Positions 25,188 to 38,960 of a DNA stretch of 64,000 nt are shown piece by piece. Below the pieces are notes generated by a model. It was not told the origin of the DNA and did not search any database. It was given only the letters and a program-made list of their open reading frames with translations. Location of the stretch: NCBI RefSeq assembly GCF_964355755.1, contig NC_092678.1, forward strand, positions 13,886,352 through 13,950,351. The letters run 5' to 3'. This DNA comes from Antedon mediterranea. Lineage: Eukaryota > Animalia > Echinodermata. How positions within the stretch are numbered: the stretch's first letter is position 1; each line of letters starts with the position of its first letter. A program made the translations under genes and the position numbers.

Positions 25188-27694
25188 TGCACTTGTCAAT
25201 TGTATGACCCACTATACGACCCCCGGGAGAGGTGCGTCATTTGTCCGATGTCAGGCCCGTATCCAGGGGGGGGGGGGTGCGTTGGGTGCAGACGCACCCC
25301 CCCCCCCCAAGTCCCAAAAGGTCCACTAATTCCTCGGTTGGTATTTTTTCTTGTCTTGTTTAACTAAAGACAATATCATTATATATATACAAAATTTACA
25401 TTATCAATGGTATACAAACAAAAATATGCTAATATAAAATGAAAAAATACCGGTAATTAAATTACGGAATCTGAACTGACTACAAACTCGATGTAAAACA
25501 TGCGCAGTCGATCATGTGACGACAAGCAATAGCGTAGCGCTTCATGTACGCGATACGCGGTAAAGTGTTTGCTGGAGAAATACAGACAACTTAACCGGCG
25601 GTAAAGACGTGTCTGGAAATACAGACACTATCGAATACGGCGCCTAAACAAGGGAAGGCCAACTACGGGGGCTCTAGCCCCCTCGTCGGGGAGCCGACTT
25701 TGCACTTATAATATGATATATTTTGTTTGTTGAGATGGCGTCAACAAACAGCGAGTTTCACTGAAGAATTAAGTAACAGAAGAATTCCATATATATGCAC
25801 TTTTATGCATTCATTATTGCCAGCGATCTAACTTACTACTAAACATTAGCTAGGTACGCACTTGTCTGGCGGTATCCCTTTGTACGAATCGTTCAACGTT
25901 GGGTCGAGACGCGTGATATCAAGTTTCATCCAGGGACCAAAATGTGTAATGTAGTTATTTTCCAGGCGAAGTTTACCGACGGTTACCGAAGGGAACACGT
26001 GTACTTTTTGTCGGGGAATATAATATACAGTAAAAAGCGTTCGCGTTCACTTCGTAGCTAGCTTCAGCGCCTAGAAAACCGCGACGTTTCATTGACCGTG
26101 AGAGTACGTCAGAGTGATATTATGCACTTTATATGCATTCATTATTGCCAGCGATCTAACTTACTACTAAACAATAGCTAGGTACGTACGCACTTGTCTG
26201 GCGGTATCCCTTTGTACGAATCGTTCAACGTTGGGTCGAGACGCGTGATATCAAGTTTCATCCAGGGACCAAAATGTGTAATGTGTTATTTTCCAGGCGA
26301 AGTTTACCGACGGTTACGTCGTGTACTGCGTCGACGTACGCTACACTACAGCAAAAACGAATTATGTTAATTGTTCTTTTGTTCACCAATTTTTTAATTT
26401 ACAAGTAACCTTCTGTACCGTGGGGCACCTAAAATAAAATTTTCATCCATTACTAAACAAAAAAACATGCCATTTTCGCTTAGCCAACATTATAGCTATA
26501 GTTATTACATTTTCAATATCCTGTATGTCATGAATTTCTCACCACTCGGAAGTCCAGATGGTACGCATGCATACACCTGGGAGGAATAAACTTTTTTCCC
26601 CGACTGAAAAAGGTCTACGCTTGCGTTTTTTAAGCCTCTAGGCCTGATGTTTCCAAAGTATAAAATGCAATTTTTTGAAGACCTGCAGCTCTAGTTTTAA
26701 ACATTTTCTTAGCTCAGCCCCAACAATAAAGCTGGTCATATTTTGAAGAACAAGAAGTACATTTTCCGGGACCTAACATCTCTATTTTTCAAACATTTCT
26801 TAGCTCAGTCACAACCCATGATAGGGACTTATATATTTCTTTTCATGTTTTGAAGTATAATAAGTCCAATTTCCGGGACCTCCAACTCTATTTTTCTAAA
26901 TTTTCTTTGAACTTTTATTTTTTAAATTGAAAAATATGGATTGAAACAGTCATCGCGCATCGTTTTTTTGCATGCAGTATTTTATTTATGCATTATAAAA
27001 AATGGAAAAAATGGCTACCCTAAATCTGATTAAAAAGACCTCAAATGACGCTAGAACGCGTTGCTTCCGGGGGCTTCGCCCCCTGAACCCCCACCGAGGG
27101 CCCTTGGCGGCCCCTGGCCCTCAGCCTAGTGATGGATGCTCGCTTCGCTCGCATAGCCCCCTCGTCGGGGAATGTAGCCCCGCGTCGGGAAGATCCTGGC
27201 GCCACCCCTGCTGAGTTGGCCTCATCATGAAAGCGTTAAGTTCTGGTTTCCATCGTTCAACTAGCCCAAGCCACAACAGAGAGTCTTACATCAGTCTTTA
27301 GAACGTCAAATAACGCAAATTTTTCCAGGGCCTTCGGCCCCTGACCTGGCCCCCAGCCATTGTTGCTCGCTTCGCTCGCACCCCCCCCCCATTATAAATG
27401 CTGCATACGGGCCTGGATGTGCGTCATACTTTTGAATACCATGACGCACCCGTGCGTCAAAAAGGTGACTTACCTTTAGGTGACCATGACGCACCCATTT
27501 TGACGCACTGTGACCATGTTGTTTATGATATGGTGGGTGGTAAAGTGACGGACATTGACACACCTTGTTCATTGATGTGACGTACCATCTAGGTTTTTTG
27601 ACGCACCCCTGCGTCAGTAATTATTTGTAAATGACGCACCCATGACGCACCTCTCCCGGGGGTCGTATAGTGAGTCATACAATTGACAAGTGCA
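25188..27694. mobile_element. TIR element with 3-bp TSD (outer layer of a second nest)
   Basis: ~53-bp TIR tgcacttgtcaattgtatgac(c/t)cactatacgacccccgggagaggtgcgtcat; TAA TSD; internal tgacgcacc repeats. Confidence 0.85.
25252..27415. mobile_element. hAT-like MITE with 5-bp TSD (hAT5-like)
   Basis: TIR caggcccgtat / atacgggcctg; GATGT on both sides; internal ~195-bp direct duplication (~25793-25985 and ~26122-26316). Confidence 0.75.
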
Positions 27695-28264
27695 TAACCA
27701 GTGTTTAATCTCCTGATTTATTCCACATTTTCATTAACGCATATATGCTGGGAAATATCGGGAGGAAAGCGTACAGTAGTTGCACGCTATTTGATTACTA
27801 TGATTGGTCAGTTTAATACCAGGGCAATACACGTGCGCACAGAACAAAAACAGGCCTCTCTCTGTGTTTTTCTCCCGAGATCCTATTCACACTATGCAAA
27901 CCTGGTTACAACTTCTTACAATATAAAATTGTTACATTACATTTTGCAATATGAAAAGGATATAACTCTATGTTTTGAACAGTCAAACAATTTGAAGATT
28001 TATTTTGGGTTCTCCACTTAAAACTGGTTTATTTTTATGTAATATATATTTATTGATATGAAGCATCTTTGAGGGATGTACAGTTACCATCAGCCAACCT
28101 ATGCAATTTATTACTGTACAATTAGACTATACATTGCACTGTTGCAATAATAATATCAAGACGATATACAAAAACCAAACAATGTTAAAGCGAGACCAGA
28201 AGCTTCCAACGAGAAAAAAGCTTGATTATTATTAACAATTTAATTACTTATTTTATAAAATTGT

Positions 28265-28510
28265 ATAGCCTATAGCCTAGGCCTCAGGAATTCGGAAAGT
28301 CAGTTAGCTAGTTAGGCCGGATGATTAGCTAGGCTAGGCTAAGCCAAGGCCTTAGCTAGGCTAGTTGTAGTAGGTCTAGGACTAGCCTAGTAGCCTAGGC
28401 GCGCCTAGGCTAGGCCCCTTCTTAGGCCTATGGTTAGGCCTAGGCCTAGCCTGGCCTGGGCCAGGCCAGGCCTAGCTAGCTAGCTATCTAGGCCTAGGCC
28501 TGGGCCTAGT
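28265..28510. repeat. Low-complexity (CTAG/AGGCCT)n palindrome-rich tract
   Basis: Dense taggcctagctaggcc run. Confidence 0.8.
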
Positions 28511-29939
28511 AGTCCAGTCAAAAATCACTCTCATCATGGTATAAGAACGTACCCTAATAAAATTTCATCCCTATGGGCATAGGTAATAACATTTCTTGAT
28601 GTTGCGTCTTGCAAAACTTGGGATTTTACGAGAAAATTATACTTTTATACCCAATTTATAACCGCCTCATGTCGTATTATTGTGTACAGTGAATGCGACG
28701 AAGCGTGACTGAAATTACGACACGCCGTTAGCGCCCGTTGAAAAATGCAATAACAAAGCTAAAAACCTACAAAATTAATTGTTTATACAATAATTTAAAT
28801 ATAGTTTACAATAAATTGTATAATAAAATACATAACATATAAAGAAAACCCAAGTATAAACTAAAATATTTACAGATATGTGTTTAAAAATGTACAAATC
28901 AAAATGGCCTTTCATAAAATAAAGTGCGCCCTCACGCGTCATACTTTTATCGGACTTGTATGGATGGTTATATACAAGGCATTAATATACGAAACCCGAT
29001 GCGGTTTGTTAGTTATATTGCCCCTGCAAGAGGCAGAATATTATATTTTCACAAATATATTTCTAGTTTTTATCATGGAAAAAAAGGATTGTATATATTT
29101 AAACACATTACAACTTCCAGTCTATACCATCATGATGGATTAAGTGAAGCGCCGTATTGTATCTGCTAAAGCGTAGGCCTAATGATCTCCTAGTTATCTG
29201 GTTAGCCTACCTATTCTGGACATTCTTTTTTTCACAGCATTATTTGCGCGGATATCGCAATGCATTGTTTTTTTTTTGTCTTGTGTGGGTTCGTCCCACT
29301 TTTATTATAGTTCTATAAATATAAATAATATATGTATATATGCACATTTATATAATTCTCTTATTTATAAGGTAGGCCTACATTGTTAAAAAATACATAT
29401 CTTTTGAACAGTATATACATAAGACTAAGATTATTTTGATGTTAAGAAGTAACCACATTTACATTCATATACATTTTTAAAAATACAATTAATTAAAATA
29501 TGTCGATGGCAGTAAACTGACGATAAAAATTGATTTAAAAAAAAAACGTACTGTAATATAATGTTGGGTTGTTGAGGTACTGATGAAGACTCTGACTCGC
29601 TTGACTGTCGTAACACATATATTGTTTATTCAGTATAATACTTCAGTACAATATACAACTATAAGTATAGATAAGGAACGGAGGGTCAATGATTGATGCT
29701 GTCGGTGAGGTGTGAAGTGTGTAGGTCTGCTTCTGAAGAAGTGGCTGTAAGGTGTAGATGTTCTTCTGAAGAAGTGGCTGTGAGGTGTGGATGTTCTTCT
29801 CAGTTCATTTGCATACTGTCATTACATCATTTATGGAGCTAATGATTGGTCCTAAGTTGATCCAGGGGTGTTTAAGTGGGAGTGATTAACGGTATAATAA
29901 GGTATTTCTGTGATGGATGACACTGTCAAATCTGTACTT

Positions 29940-30250
29940 AAGGTAAGGTAAAGTCGAAACCTAAGCTAATGCTAACGGCCGTGGTGCCCATCTCCATTTC
30001 CTTAGCGTTTGGGCCAGACTCCACTAAGTGTGTATGTTTGTGGGGGGTACGCCACTCCTCCCGCACAAACGAGTCTGATTTACCTTCCCAGTACTTTTTA
30101 CATACCGGTACCCATTTCTATCACCTGGGTGGGGAGGAACAATGTGGATAAAGAATCTTGCTCAAGGACTCAACACTGCAGTGACCGAGCCGGGGCTTGA
30201 ACCGACAACCTCTTGATTGCAAGTCAAATGCTCTAACCACTGCGCCACAG
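29940..30250 (-). mobile_element. tRNA-derived SINE
   Basis: Head gtggcgcagtggttagagc...ggttcaagccc, body gtccttgagcaag...cacccaggtg..aaatgggtacc, (ttacc)n tail. Confidence 0.8.
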
Positions 30251-30779
30251 TGCAAATCTGTTCTTAAATAGTGTCAATCAGTCCTGGTTTAACGATGGGA
30301 ACAGTCACAAAATTAAGCTAACTGTTTTCTTTAGGGATTCTATTATAAACTAAATGGTCATTAAAACATCTGGACAAACTCTCCTCTGGACTTTCTGGGT
30401 CAAGTTTGTGAACTTATTTGAATTCCGATACAAAGGTCGATTTCTTAAATATAAAAGTACAGTATATCGTTATATTACAGTACTTATGAAAAAGTTATTA
30501 TTGTTGTTTTATTCTGTTCGTGTCCATTGTCTGGGTATAGAGGCTATAAACTCAGGGGAAGAATATAAAGAATCTTCCCTTTTCACCAAGAAAAAAATGG
30601 ATGAGATGAAAACGAAGAATGCAAAAGCTTGAAAAAAGGGTGTTTAGAATGGATAGGATGGAATGATATATATAATGAAAACCGTAAGCTTAGAGTCCAT
30701 ACACAGTGCAAGTCCAAGGTAATATTTTGGCTCTGTGTGTATGTGAGTCGCTTCATACCCGGATGACATATCTTAAAAC

Positions 30780-31370
30780 TAATATAGTTACTAGGCCTAT
30801 ATACAATGTATTTAAGAGATAAAAATAGCGTTTGTTTTATTTCATTAATTAAGGAGATTTTGCTTTATATCTCCCCATTTACATTGAGCTTTAAAGTAGT
30901 AGCACTTATACTCATTTTCAATTAAATGCTTTACTTCAGTAATAAAAAGATTCCAGATCTTTTTTTCATAGTTGTTTCCTTTTTTTCAGGTTTTGTTAAT
31001 ATATGCAACTTATATATAGAGAATACAAATAATGAAATCAATTCATTTACAATTATGTTATTTGATCCAGTAATCATTGTAGTCCAAGTTATTGGGTCTT
31101 CGTTTGAAAAGCTCTTAGCTATGACATTTTTAAATTTTAGTCATATCCATTGAATTACACTGCATTTATATAACATGTGTTTTTCAGTTTCAACCTTGTT
31201 TATACATTTATCACTACCTACTAAGTTCCAGATTTTCAATTGTTTTTTACATGGTAGTATTCTATGCAGAAGTTTAAAATTAAATTGAGCAACTTTGGGT
31301 ATATGTTTTAGTCTATAAACTTTATAGTACCAAACATTACATTGTTTATTCGCAATTATAGTCAATGTTA
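30780..31370 (-). mobile_element. L1/Tx1-type LINE 3' fragment
   Basis: FNFKLLHRILP...SDKC..ETEKHMLYKC (zf-RVT-like). Confidence 0.7.
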
Positions 31371-32096
31371 ACTTGAGTAAGAATCATTTTTAAATGATAG
31401 TCCATTTCGCGTATACAATATAGGCCTAATAAGGATTTAAATTAATAAAGTCGTCTGAAATATTTTCTCATTGCCCGGTTAGCAACAAAGTTAATCCTTG
31501 TGATTGTTAGTTTTAAGTTTCTTTTAATTGTTTATTGGCATCCATATCGTATGATGTGTGAGACAATTTCGTGTTTTAGAAAATGTAATCCTGCCACCAA
31601 AGATTCTTTATGTTCGAAGACGTCTGACGGATAACTGTTTTATTCTTTTACATTTAATTAATTAATTAATCTTCATCTTCACTTTTGAGGGAAATAGCCT
31701 CTTTTAGGTTTAAAACATCATTTATAAGCATTTGAATAAGCCAACAAATTAAACTACTGCTTTCTTCCAAGCCTTTTAAATATTATTTAAATGCATTAAA
31801 ATGCGTCGAACTCGGCGGATAACAATATTTGAAATAAAAATGCATATAAAACTTTTGTTTTGGACTTTACTTTTTTGTCCCAAGTGAGAACTTTCAGGCC
31901 TTTGAGGTGAACTGATTGTTTATGACATTCTTTTTTGTATAAAATGTCCAATAATAATTATCATTGTAGGACTATTACTCTCCACCAAAAAACTTTATAT
32001 TAGAAAGTTTAATACGTCATGTCTTTAAAAAAGGAGAATTGGGTAATATATGTAAGTAGAAGAAGAGGTACTTCAGACAGTGATGACCTTGGTGTA

Positions 32097-32440
32097 TTTC
32101 CTGATTACGTAATAGTTATGTAATTTCCGCCAGGTGTTTCTAATGAAGGTCGTTCTTTTCATAATTACGTAATAGTTATGTAATTTCCGCCAGGTGTTTC
32201 TAATGAAGGTCGTTCTTTTCATAATTACGTAATAGTTATGTAATTTCCGCCAGGTGTTTCTAATGAAGGTCGTTCTTTTCCTGGTTTTGTAATAGTTATG
32301 TAATTTCCGCCAGGTGTTTCTAATAAAGGTCGTTCTTTTCCTGTTATTGTAATAATTATGTAATTTCCGCCAGGTGTTTCTAATGAAGGTCGTTCTTTTC
32401 CTGGTTTCGTAATAGTTATGTAATTTCCGCCAGGTGTTTC
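32097..32440. repeat. 60-bp tandem repeat, ~5.7 copies
   Basis: gtaatagttatgtaatttccgccaggtgtttctaatgaaggtcgttcttttc recurs with period 60. Confidence 0.95.
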
Positions 32441-32539
32441 TTTGTTTCTTATTTATTTATTTTTCGGCGCGAGGTTCTGGTACGTGCCCAGCTAACAAAA
32501 TAACGTTTTATTAACGTCGTACAAACGTTCATTTAAAAC

Positions 32540-33170
32540 CAAAAAACGTTTCATAAATGTTTTGATGAAATGTTTCTTTAACGTTTTTTTGTGAACAAAA
32601 TTCAAGTTTTTATTACGCTTAAAAAACGTACAGTTGAAACGTTTAAATAGCGTTACTGAACGTAACAGAAACCAAAAAGAAACGTTTAAAAAATGCTTTG
32701 GATGTGTGTTTAATAGGTTTAAAAAACCGTATATTCGGAACGTTTAAATAGCGTTACTGAACGTAACAGAAACCAAAAAGAAACGTTTAATAAATTCTTT
32801 GGATGCGTGTTTAATAGGTTTCAAAAACCGTATATTCGGAACGTTTAAATAGCGTAACTACTGAACGTAACAGAAACCAAAAAGAGACGTTTAATAAATT
32901 CTTTGGCTGTGTGTTTAATAGGTTTCAAAAACCGTATATTCGGAACGTTTAAATAGCGTAACTACTGAACGTAACAGAAACCAAAAAGAGACGTTTAATA
33001 AATGCTTTGGATGTGTATTTAATAGGTTTCAAAAACCGTATATTCAGAACGCTTAAATAGCGTTACTGAATGTAACAAAAACCAAAATAAAACGTTTTTT
33101 ACTCAGTGTTTACAAACGTATATTCGTAACGTTTAAATAACGTTACCGAGCGTAACAGAAACAAACGTAA
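32540..33170. repeat. Left subterminal array (~120-123 bp unit)
   Basis: aacgtttaaatagcgttactgaacgtaacagaaaccaaaaag repeated ~5 times. Confidence 0.9.
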
Positions 33171-33529
33171 AAAAAAGTACTAGTAGGCCTGTATAACAAC
33201 ATCACAACATTCTGGCAATGTTATACAGTATTTACAGAATCTATCTAACTATAGTAGACGAAAAGCTGAACTGGTGTAATAACATTCAAAAACTCTATAA
33301 AAAAGGGATATAATGTACCTGTTAAGACAACTTAGGAAATTTAATGTTAGCAAACAAATTTTTATACTGTTCTACCAATCGACCATACTTAGTGTTATAT
33401 CTTTTTGTAGAATTATCTGGGATCTTGTTTATATTAAAAAGATAAGGAACTATTAAATAAAATTACCAGAAGGTCTGGGCAGGTTATTGGAGTTATCTTA
33501 ATTTCAACTATGATGCAGGTGTTCTCTCC

Positions 33530-33820
33530 TTGGTAAAACGTGTACTCTCACAAACAGACCACCCCCTCCATAAGGAATACACTTTTCTTCCACCTAATAT
33601 TCGTATCCATCTGCCTCGAAGCCGTACTAAACGCTACAATAAATCATTTGTCCCACAATCTATTTTCACCTACAACAAAATTGTCGAACGCTAATTCATG
33701 GAGAGAACACCTGGATCACTTTTTTGATATTTTATACTGTGATTATCTTCAATCTGCAATTTCCATTAAAGTTTTTTCTGTTTTCTTTTGATTCTACAAA
33801 AAAAAAACAAAAAAAAAAAA
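33530..33820 (+). mobile_element. LINE 3' fragment with poly(A)
   Basis: LPRSRTKRYNKSFVP-like RT tail; attaaa followed by an A-run. Confidence 0.55.
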
Positions 33821-36619
33821 CATTATATAACATGTAATAGAAGTGAAATTTCTCAATGCAAGAGTAGATATAAATATAAATGAACATCAAGACGCTATAC
33901 ACAAAGAAAAAGACCCCAAACCACGTAGACTAATATCACATATTGGAGACCTACTGAAATGAAAACTTAACATAATTTCAGACCTCATATGAGTTGGGTA
34001 AGATTTTAGAAAAAACTCCGCCACTCATACAGTACTTACCTTCACACCCTTTTTAAATGGAGTTGATTTGAGATACTTCCCAATTTCACTTTCAATCTCT
34101 CTTTGTCTGTATTGGTGTCTGTTCTACAAACACCTAAGAAAAAGTAGGAACTGTCAGTTTAGTTGATAGACCAAATACACCAGAATGAATTCCTAAATTC
34201 AGACATACAGTATCTTCTGGTAGAACTTTTGTGTATATAAAATCATCCACAGTAACTACATAATAAATTAACATAGCAATATTAAGTGCTTACATGTTAT
34301 TATTGAACAAAGTGCAGTACCCTTAAAGGATTTCTTTTTCATTCCTCCCCTCTATGTTGAAAAAAGACCAGAGGTCTGCAGTTGCTGTTTTCTTTAAGCA
34401 ATTTTCCTTTTGTTTCTTTATTTGTGGGCTTGTTGATGATTCTAGAAAAACATAAAAAGACAAATAACCATGTATGATCTAAAATTTAAAATAAGACAGT
34501 TTTAATTTAATTGCCGTATGAAAGCATTTTCAATACTAACACTAGAACGTTTTTTCTATAAACTAAATTGCTAAAATTAGGTATGGTAGGTAAAGGTACC
34601 AAAGCCATTAATTAACAATAAAATGATAACAATGACAATATTAATAACGGTGATGATAGTAATACAAATAGAAAACTACACACCAAATGACAGTTTACAT
34701 ATTTTAATCAGCCACAACTTGACAAAACTGACCCTTAAAATGTATTTTTTGAAATACTTTATAGGATAGAATACTGTATGTGTACTACTGTAGAAGTAAA
34801 ATTATATTGAACGATTGGGCCTAAATAAAAAGTATCTACATCTACAATTAATACCACTCTTTTTAAAACTTTGTATAGTAACAAAATGTTAATGTTTAAA
34901 AACGAAATACCAGCCTGTGAAAAATTTAAACATAAGAATCCACATTTTCTGCAATATGTAACAGGCCTCTGCACATGTTTTAAAAGCATTCACTGACGAA
35001 CCTATTTAAACATAGCTCCCAAATAGTCGCACATATTTATTAAATTTGTAGCCAACCCATCAATGGTTAAATTGTTATACGTTCTAAGTTATAAGCGTAA
35101 TAATTTTAGTGTAAACCTTGCCTTCTCAATAAATAGCAAACCTTTGCCAATGAACGGTTTAATATTGAACCTGGTGAATTGCCACATACCATACCGATGG
35201 TTTGCAGTCAATATACAAATAATAAATGTTTGAGTGGAATAGACAGAATATTTTCATGAGTTGGAAGATGGACTGGGCTATTTAACTTGGCTCCACCTCG
35301 TTGAATAGACAAGTCCATCTCCTAACGAATGAAAATATTGTGTCCATTCCATGCAAAAATTCATTATTTGTTTTATAGCACACCTACTGTGCAGTTTTAG
35401 TAATAACAAATCTGCATAGTCAAGCAACACAAAGAAAGCCTTGATGATGGGCTGCCATATTGAAATGAATGTCATATAGATGGCGCTATAGGATTTTCCT
35501 CACGGAGGGGAGCAATTATAGACTGCGCACTCTACAGGCTTGTTTTCGATCGTGCAGTGTTCATAGGCCTACCACTTTGAACAAGATTCTCAAAATTAAA
35601 AAAAAACAACATGAACTTGCAATGTACCATCTGAACGTGCAATGTACCACCCAATCGTGATAGTCTAGGACAAAAATCTGAAAAGATGCTTAGAAATCAA
35701 TTTAGGGGGAGTGGAATGTTAGAGGCTGTCAACATAGCCAGATATCCTAATTAATTAATCCCTTCTGATCACTCTAGGCCCTGTTGACACTTAATTTTTT
35801 GCCTCGTCTTGAAATGGCGGCCATTTTACAAAAATGGCCGCCAATTTTATATAAAATGTGCATAAAATTGGATCTAAATAAGATAGATGCACGATCTTGG
35901 TGTCTAAACACATGTACTTCAGACACGGAATCCATTAGATCGTGCAATGTACCACCCAATCGTGAGGATGAATCGAAATAATGAACGGCACGTGATACGT
36001 AATCAACCAATCAAATGGCAAGAATACACATAGGTGTCTTATAAATCAAAATAATTGGCAGGATTAGATTAAATTTTGGTTTTCCTTAAATACCCACAGA
36101 CTGTTACCTGAATCTAATCGAAAAGCATCCTCTCTTAATAGAGGCCATGGAAAACTTTGTTCAATTTCTATTTCGTCAGACATTATTTCTGTTGCTGAAA
36201 ACCAAATTTTGGAATTATTCAAAGATGGATTCTTTTTACATTTTTTTCTGTTTATGCAAAGCAAGACAAGCATTTAAGTTAAAAAAATTGCATTCTTTAT
36301 GATTAAATAATAACTTAAAGAAATACCTGACAGAAAAGATGTTGCAGGACTGGGTGCAGGGGGTGAGGGGGGTACTGGTAGCACTGGTTGTAAATCATCA
36401 TCATCTAAAAAGTATGAAAATGTTTATTCTAAATAAACTATACATACTATGCAATTTGTTTACATCATCTTATTTATCAGTAAACAGGACAATTCAGCTT
36501 GAAAACAAATGATGATACAGTATATAGATAATAAAAATACATTTTTTCTACAGAAAATAAAAAAGAAATTAGAAAAGTTTTCATCTCAAAACTATAATAA
36601 TAAACGTAAAGGTATTCAT

Positions 36620-37006
36620 ATTTATCCTCAAGCTTAACTGGAAACTGGGGAAATTCGGATTACGGCCCTCCACGGACCAGCGCCTACCAGATCAGCAAAC
36701 CGGGAGACGATCCCCTACTCTTTTCGAATAATGTACCAAGTTCTTCAACGTGCACTGTTAAGTACAAAGGAACAACGGCTTTACATCCCATCCGAAGGAC
36801 GAGGCAATGAGTGTAAAGCATCTTGCCTAAGGATGCAATTAGTATGGTACAGATAACCTCGAACCCATGCCTATCACATGCCAGTCTGATATTACCATTA
36901 CACCATCACTCTCCAGTATATACAGCACCCGTCGCGATTTCTAGACGGTCTCCCATCCAGAACGCAACCGGGCCCAACGTTGCTTAACTTCGGTGATCCG
37001 ACGAGA
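36620..37006 (-). mobile_element. Deu-domain SINE with 5S rRNA-derived plus tRNA-like head
   Basis: Minus strand: tctcgtcggatcaccgaagttaagc..ctggatgggagacc (5S), tggtgtaatggt..gggttcgag (tRNA-like), ttcggatgggatgtaaagcc..tattcgaaaagagtagggg (Deu-like). Confidence 0.75.
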
Positions 37007-37748
37007 TATATATTTATAATATAAATTCATTTGTTAATGTCCAAGTGTAAACAGGACTTAACTCTTCCCATTCCATAATGCCTCGCCTGAACTTAGTTCA
37101 CTTAAACTCTTCTGTGTGTGTTTCTTTTTTTTTTTTGAGATAGAGAAAAGTTCATTTCTGTAATAAATAAATGATATAAATATTAATTTTACATATCAAA
37201 ATTAAATGTTTATAAAACAAAATGTTGTATTTATTTACCTTATCAATATAAGGAAATTTATTTTTAGAATAAAAAAAAGTTTCATTTTATTTCTAGTTAT
37301 GCAAAAGACAAATATTTGAGTTTAAACAAATTAAAATTCTTTATGATTAAATAAAAGTATACAGTATATTAAACAAAAATCAAAATACCTGACTGTAAAG
37401 ATGTCGATGGACGTGGTATTTCATCATCTGAAAAGTATGCATTTTTGAATTAAAATTAATGACAACTTACTGATAAGGCTTCTTAAAAACAATATTCAAA
37501 TTGTTTACATCATTTTATTTATTGGTAAAAAAGAAAATTCAGCCCAGTAACGAAGGACGATAAATAGATAAATATATGTTTTTCCTACAGAAAGCAAAAG
37601 AAAGTTCTTCATCATAGATAATTATTATTCAAGATAATTATTTATAATGTCCTCAATGAAAATGATATTTTCATAAATCCAATCAAATGACGTCATGAAC
37701 TAAAGAATAATAAAATTCAAACAAATTTGTTCCTTAACATCCAAGTAT

Positions 37749-38794
37749 AACTAGATTTGAACTTGTCACGGTGATGAGTTAGGCTATCGCGCAAAGCATC
37801 GTAATTCTATTCATTAGGCTCAGTCTACAGTAAGCTGTACCACAACGATTGTACAAACAGCATAGCATTGATCAAAATCGTTTAACAAGCGTTACTGGCA
37901 CAACCAGTATTGGCATTGTAAACGGTTTAAATGACGGTTATTTTTTTATTTTACACCACTCATGTTTACTTAATTGTTTGAGTATGATGACCTTTTCAAA
38001 TTGAAAATAAAGTTCATATGTCATAAGGAGAATGTTTTGAGTAATAAGATTAATTGAAAAATTCAGATGACCATATGATGACTAAACAACATACTTATGA
38101 TCTAAATGTCACATGAATATATATCTACAACTCATTGCCCTTTATAATAAGTTAAACAAATAGGGGGTCACCAGCCATCCAGGTGAGCTATAATCGTTTC
38201 AAAATAGGCATATTTTTACAAAAATTTGCATAAAATTATACCAATTTTCAAGCGCACGATTTTTAAAGTTTATTTTGCATTGATAATTCATCAAATATGA
38301 AAGAAATATATCATAAAACTATAAAAGACAAAAATCAAGCGCAAAAACGTGCTTTCTAGGCTGCGTATGAAGTGCGCAAAGCGCGCGCGCAACGCATATT
38401 TTTTTGAAAAATGTGAAATGCTTGAAAAGTCCTGAAACGTGTAGAAATTAGATTTTCAGAATTTTTAACTTTCAAAGCGCGATAATACCAATGTTAAAAA
38501 TGTTTCTGATGATACAGGAAGATGACCCTTGACATGAAGCATACGTGTTTCAAGTGGTATTTAAAAATATCTATTGGTTTTCAATTTATAGTCGATCTAA
38601 GAATTTAAGAAAATCGCGCATAGTTACGCTACGCGACATTGCACAACTACATGTATACGCGCATCTGCTGGCCAAGTTACAACATAACTGCTACCGCCGT
38701 TTTTCAGATCTGCGTGCAACAAAAAATAAGCAAAAAAATTGAAATCTTTGACAATAACAATAGGCTATCGCTCTACAGATAGCGATAGCCTAAA
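37749..38794 (+). mobile_element. Helentron-like non-autonomous element (HINE)
   Basis: aactaga start; taggctatcgc near the 5' end; 3' hairpin taggctatcgct..agcgatagccta; empty site visible in the paralogous unit at ~37040-37060. Confidence 0.7.
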
Positions 38795-38960
38795 TAGAAC
38801 TTAACTCTTTCCATTCCATAATGCCTCACCTGAACTTAGTTCACTTGAATTTTTTCTTTAAGGCCTACATGTTTTTTGAGGTTTTATTGGAAAATAGGAA
38901 AAATCCATTTCTGTAATAAAGAAATGAAAAAAAATCATGATAACACAAAAATAAGTATTT

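Noticed and set aside
27664-27682. Near-match to the T7 promoter (tatagtgagtcatac)
   Set aside because: Part of a TIR mirrored at 25200-25218; mismatched, with no other vector sequence.
30185-30250. tRNA gene (also ~2460-2530)
   Set aside because: SINE heads without a proper acceptor stem, continuing into SINE bodies.
36925-37006. 5S rRNA gene
   Set aside because: Partial, diverged and fused to a SINE body.
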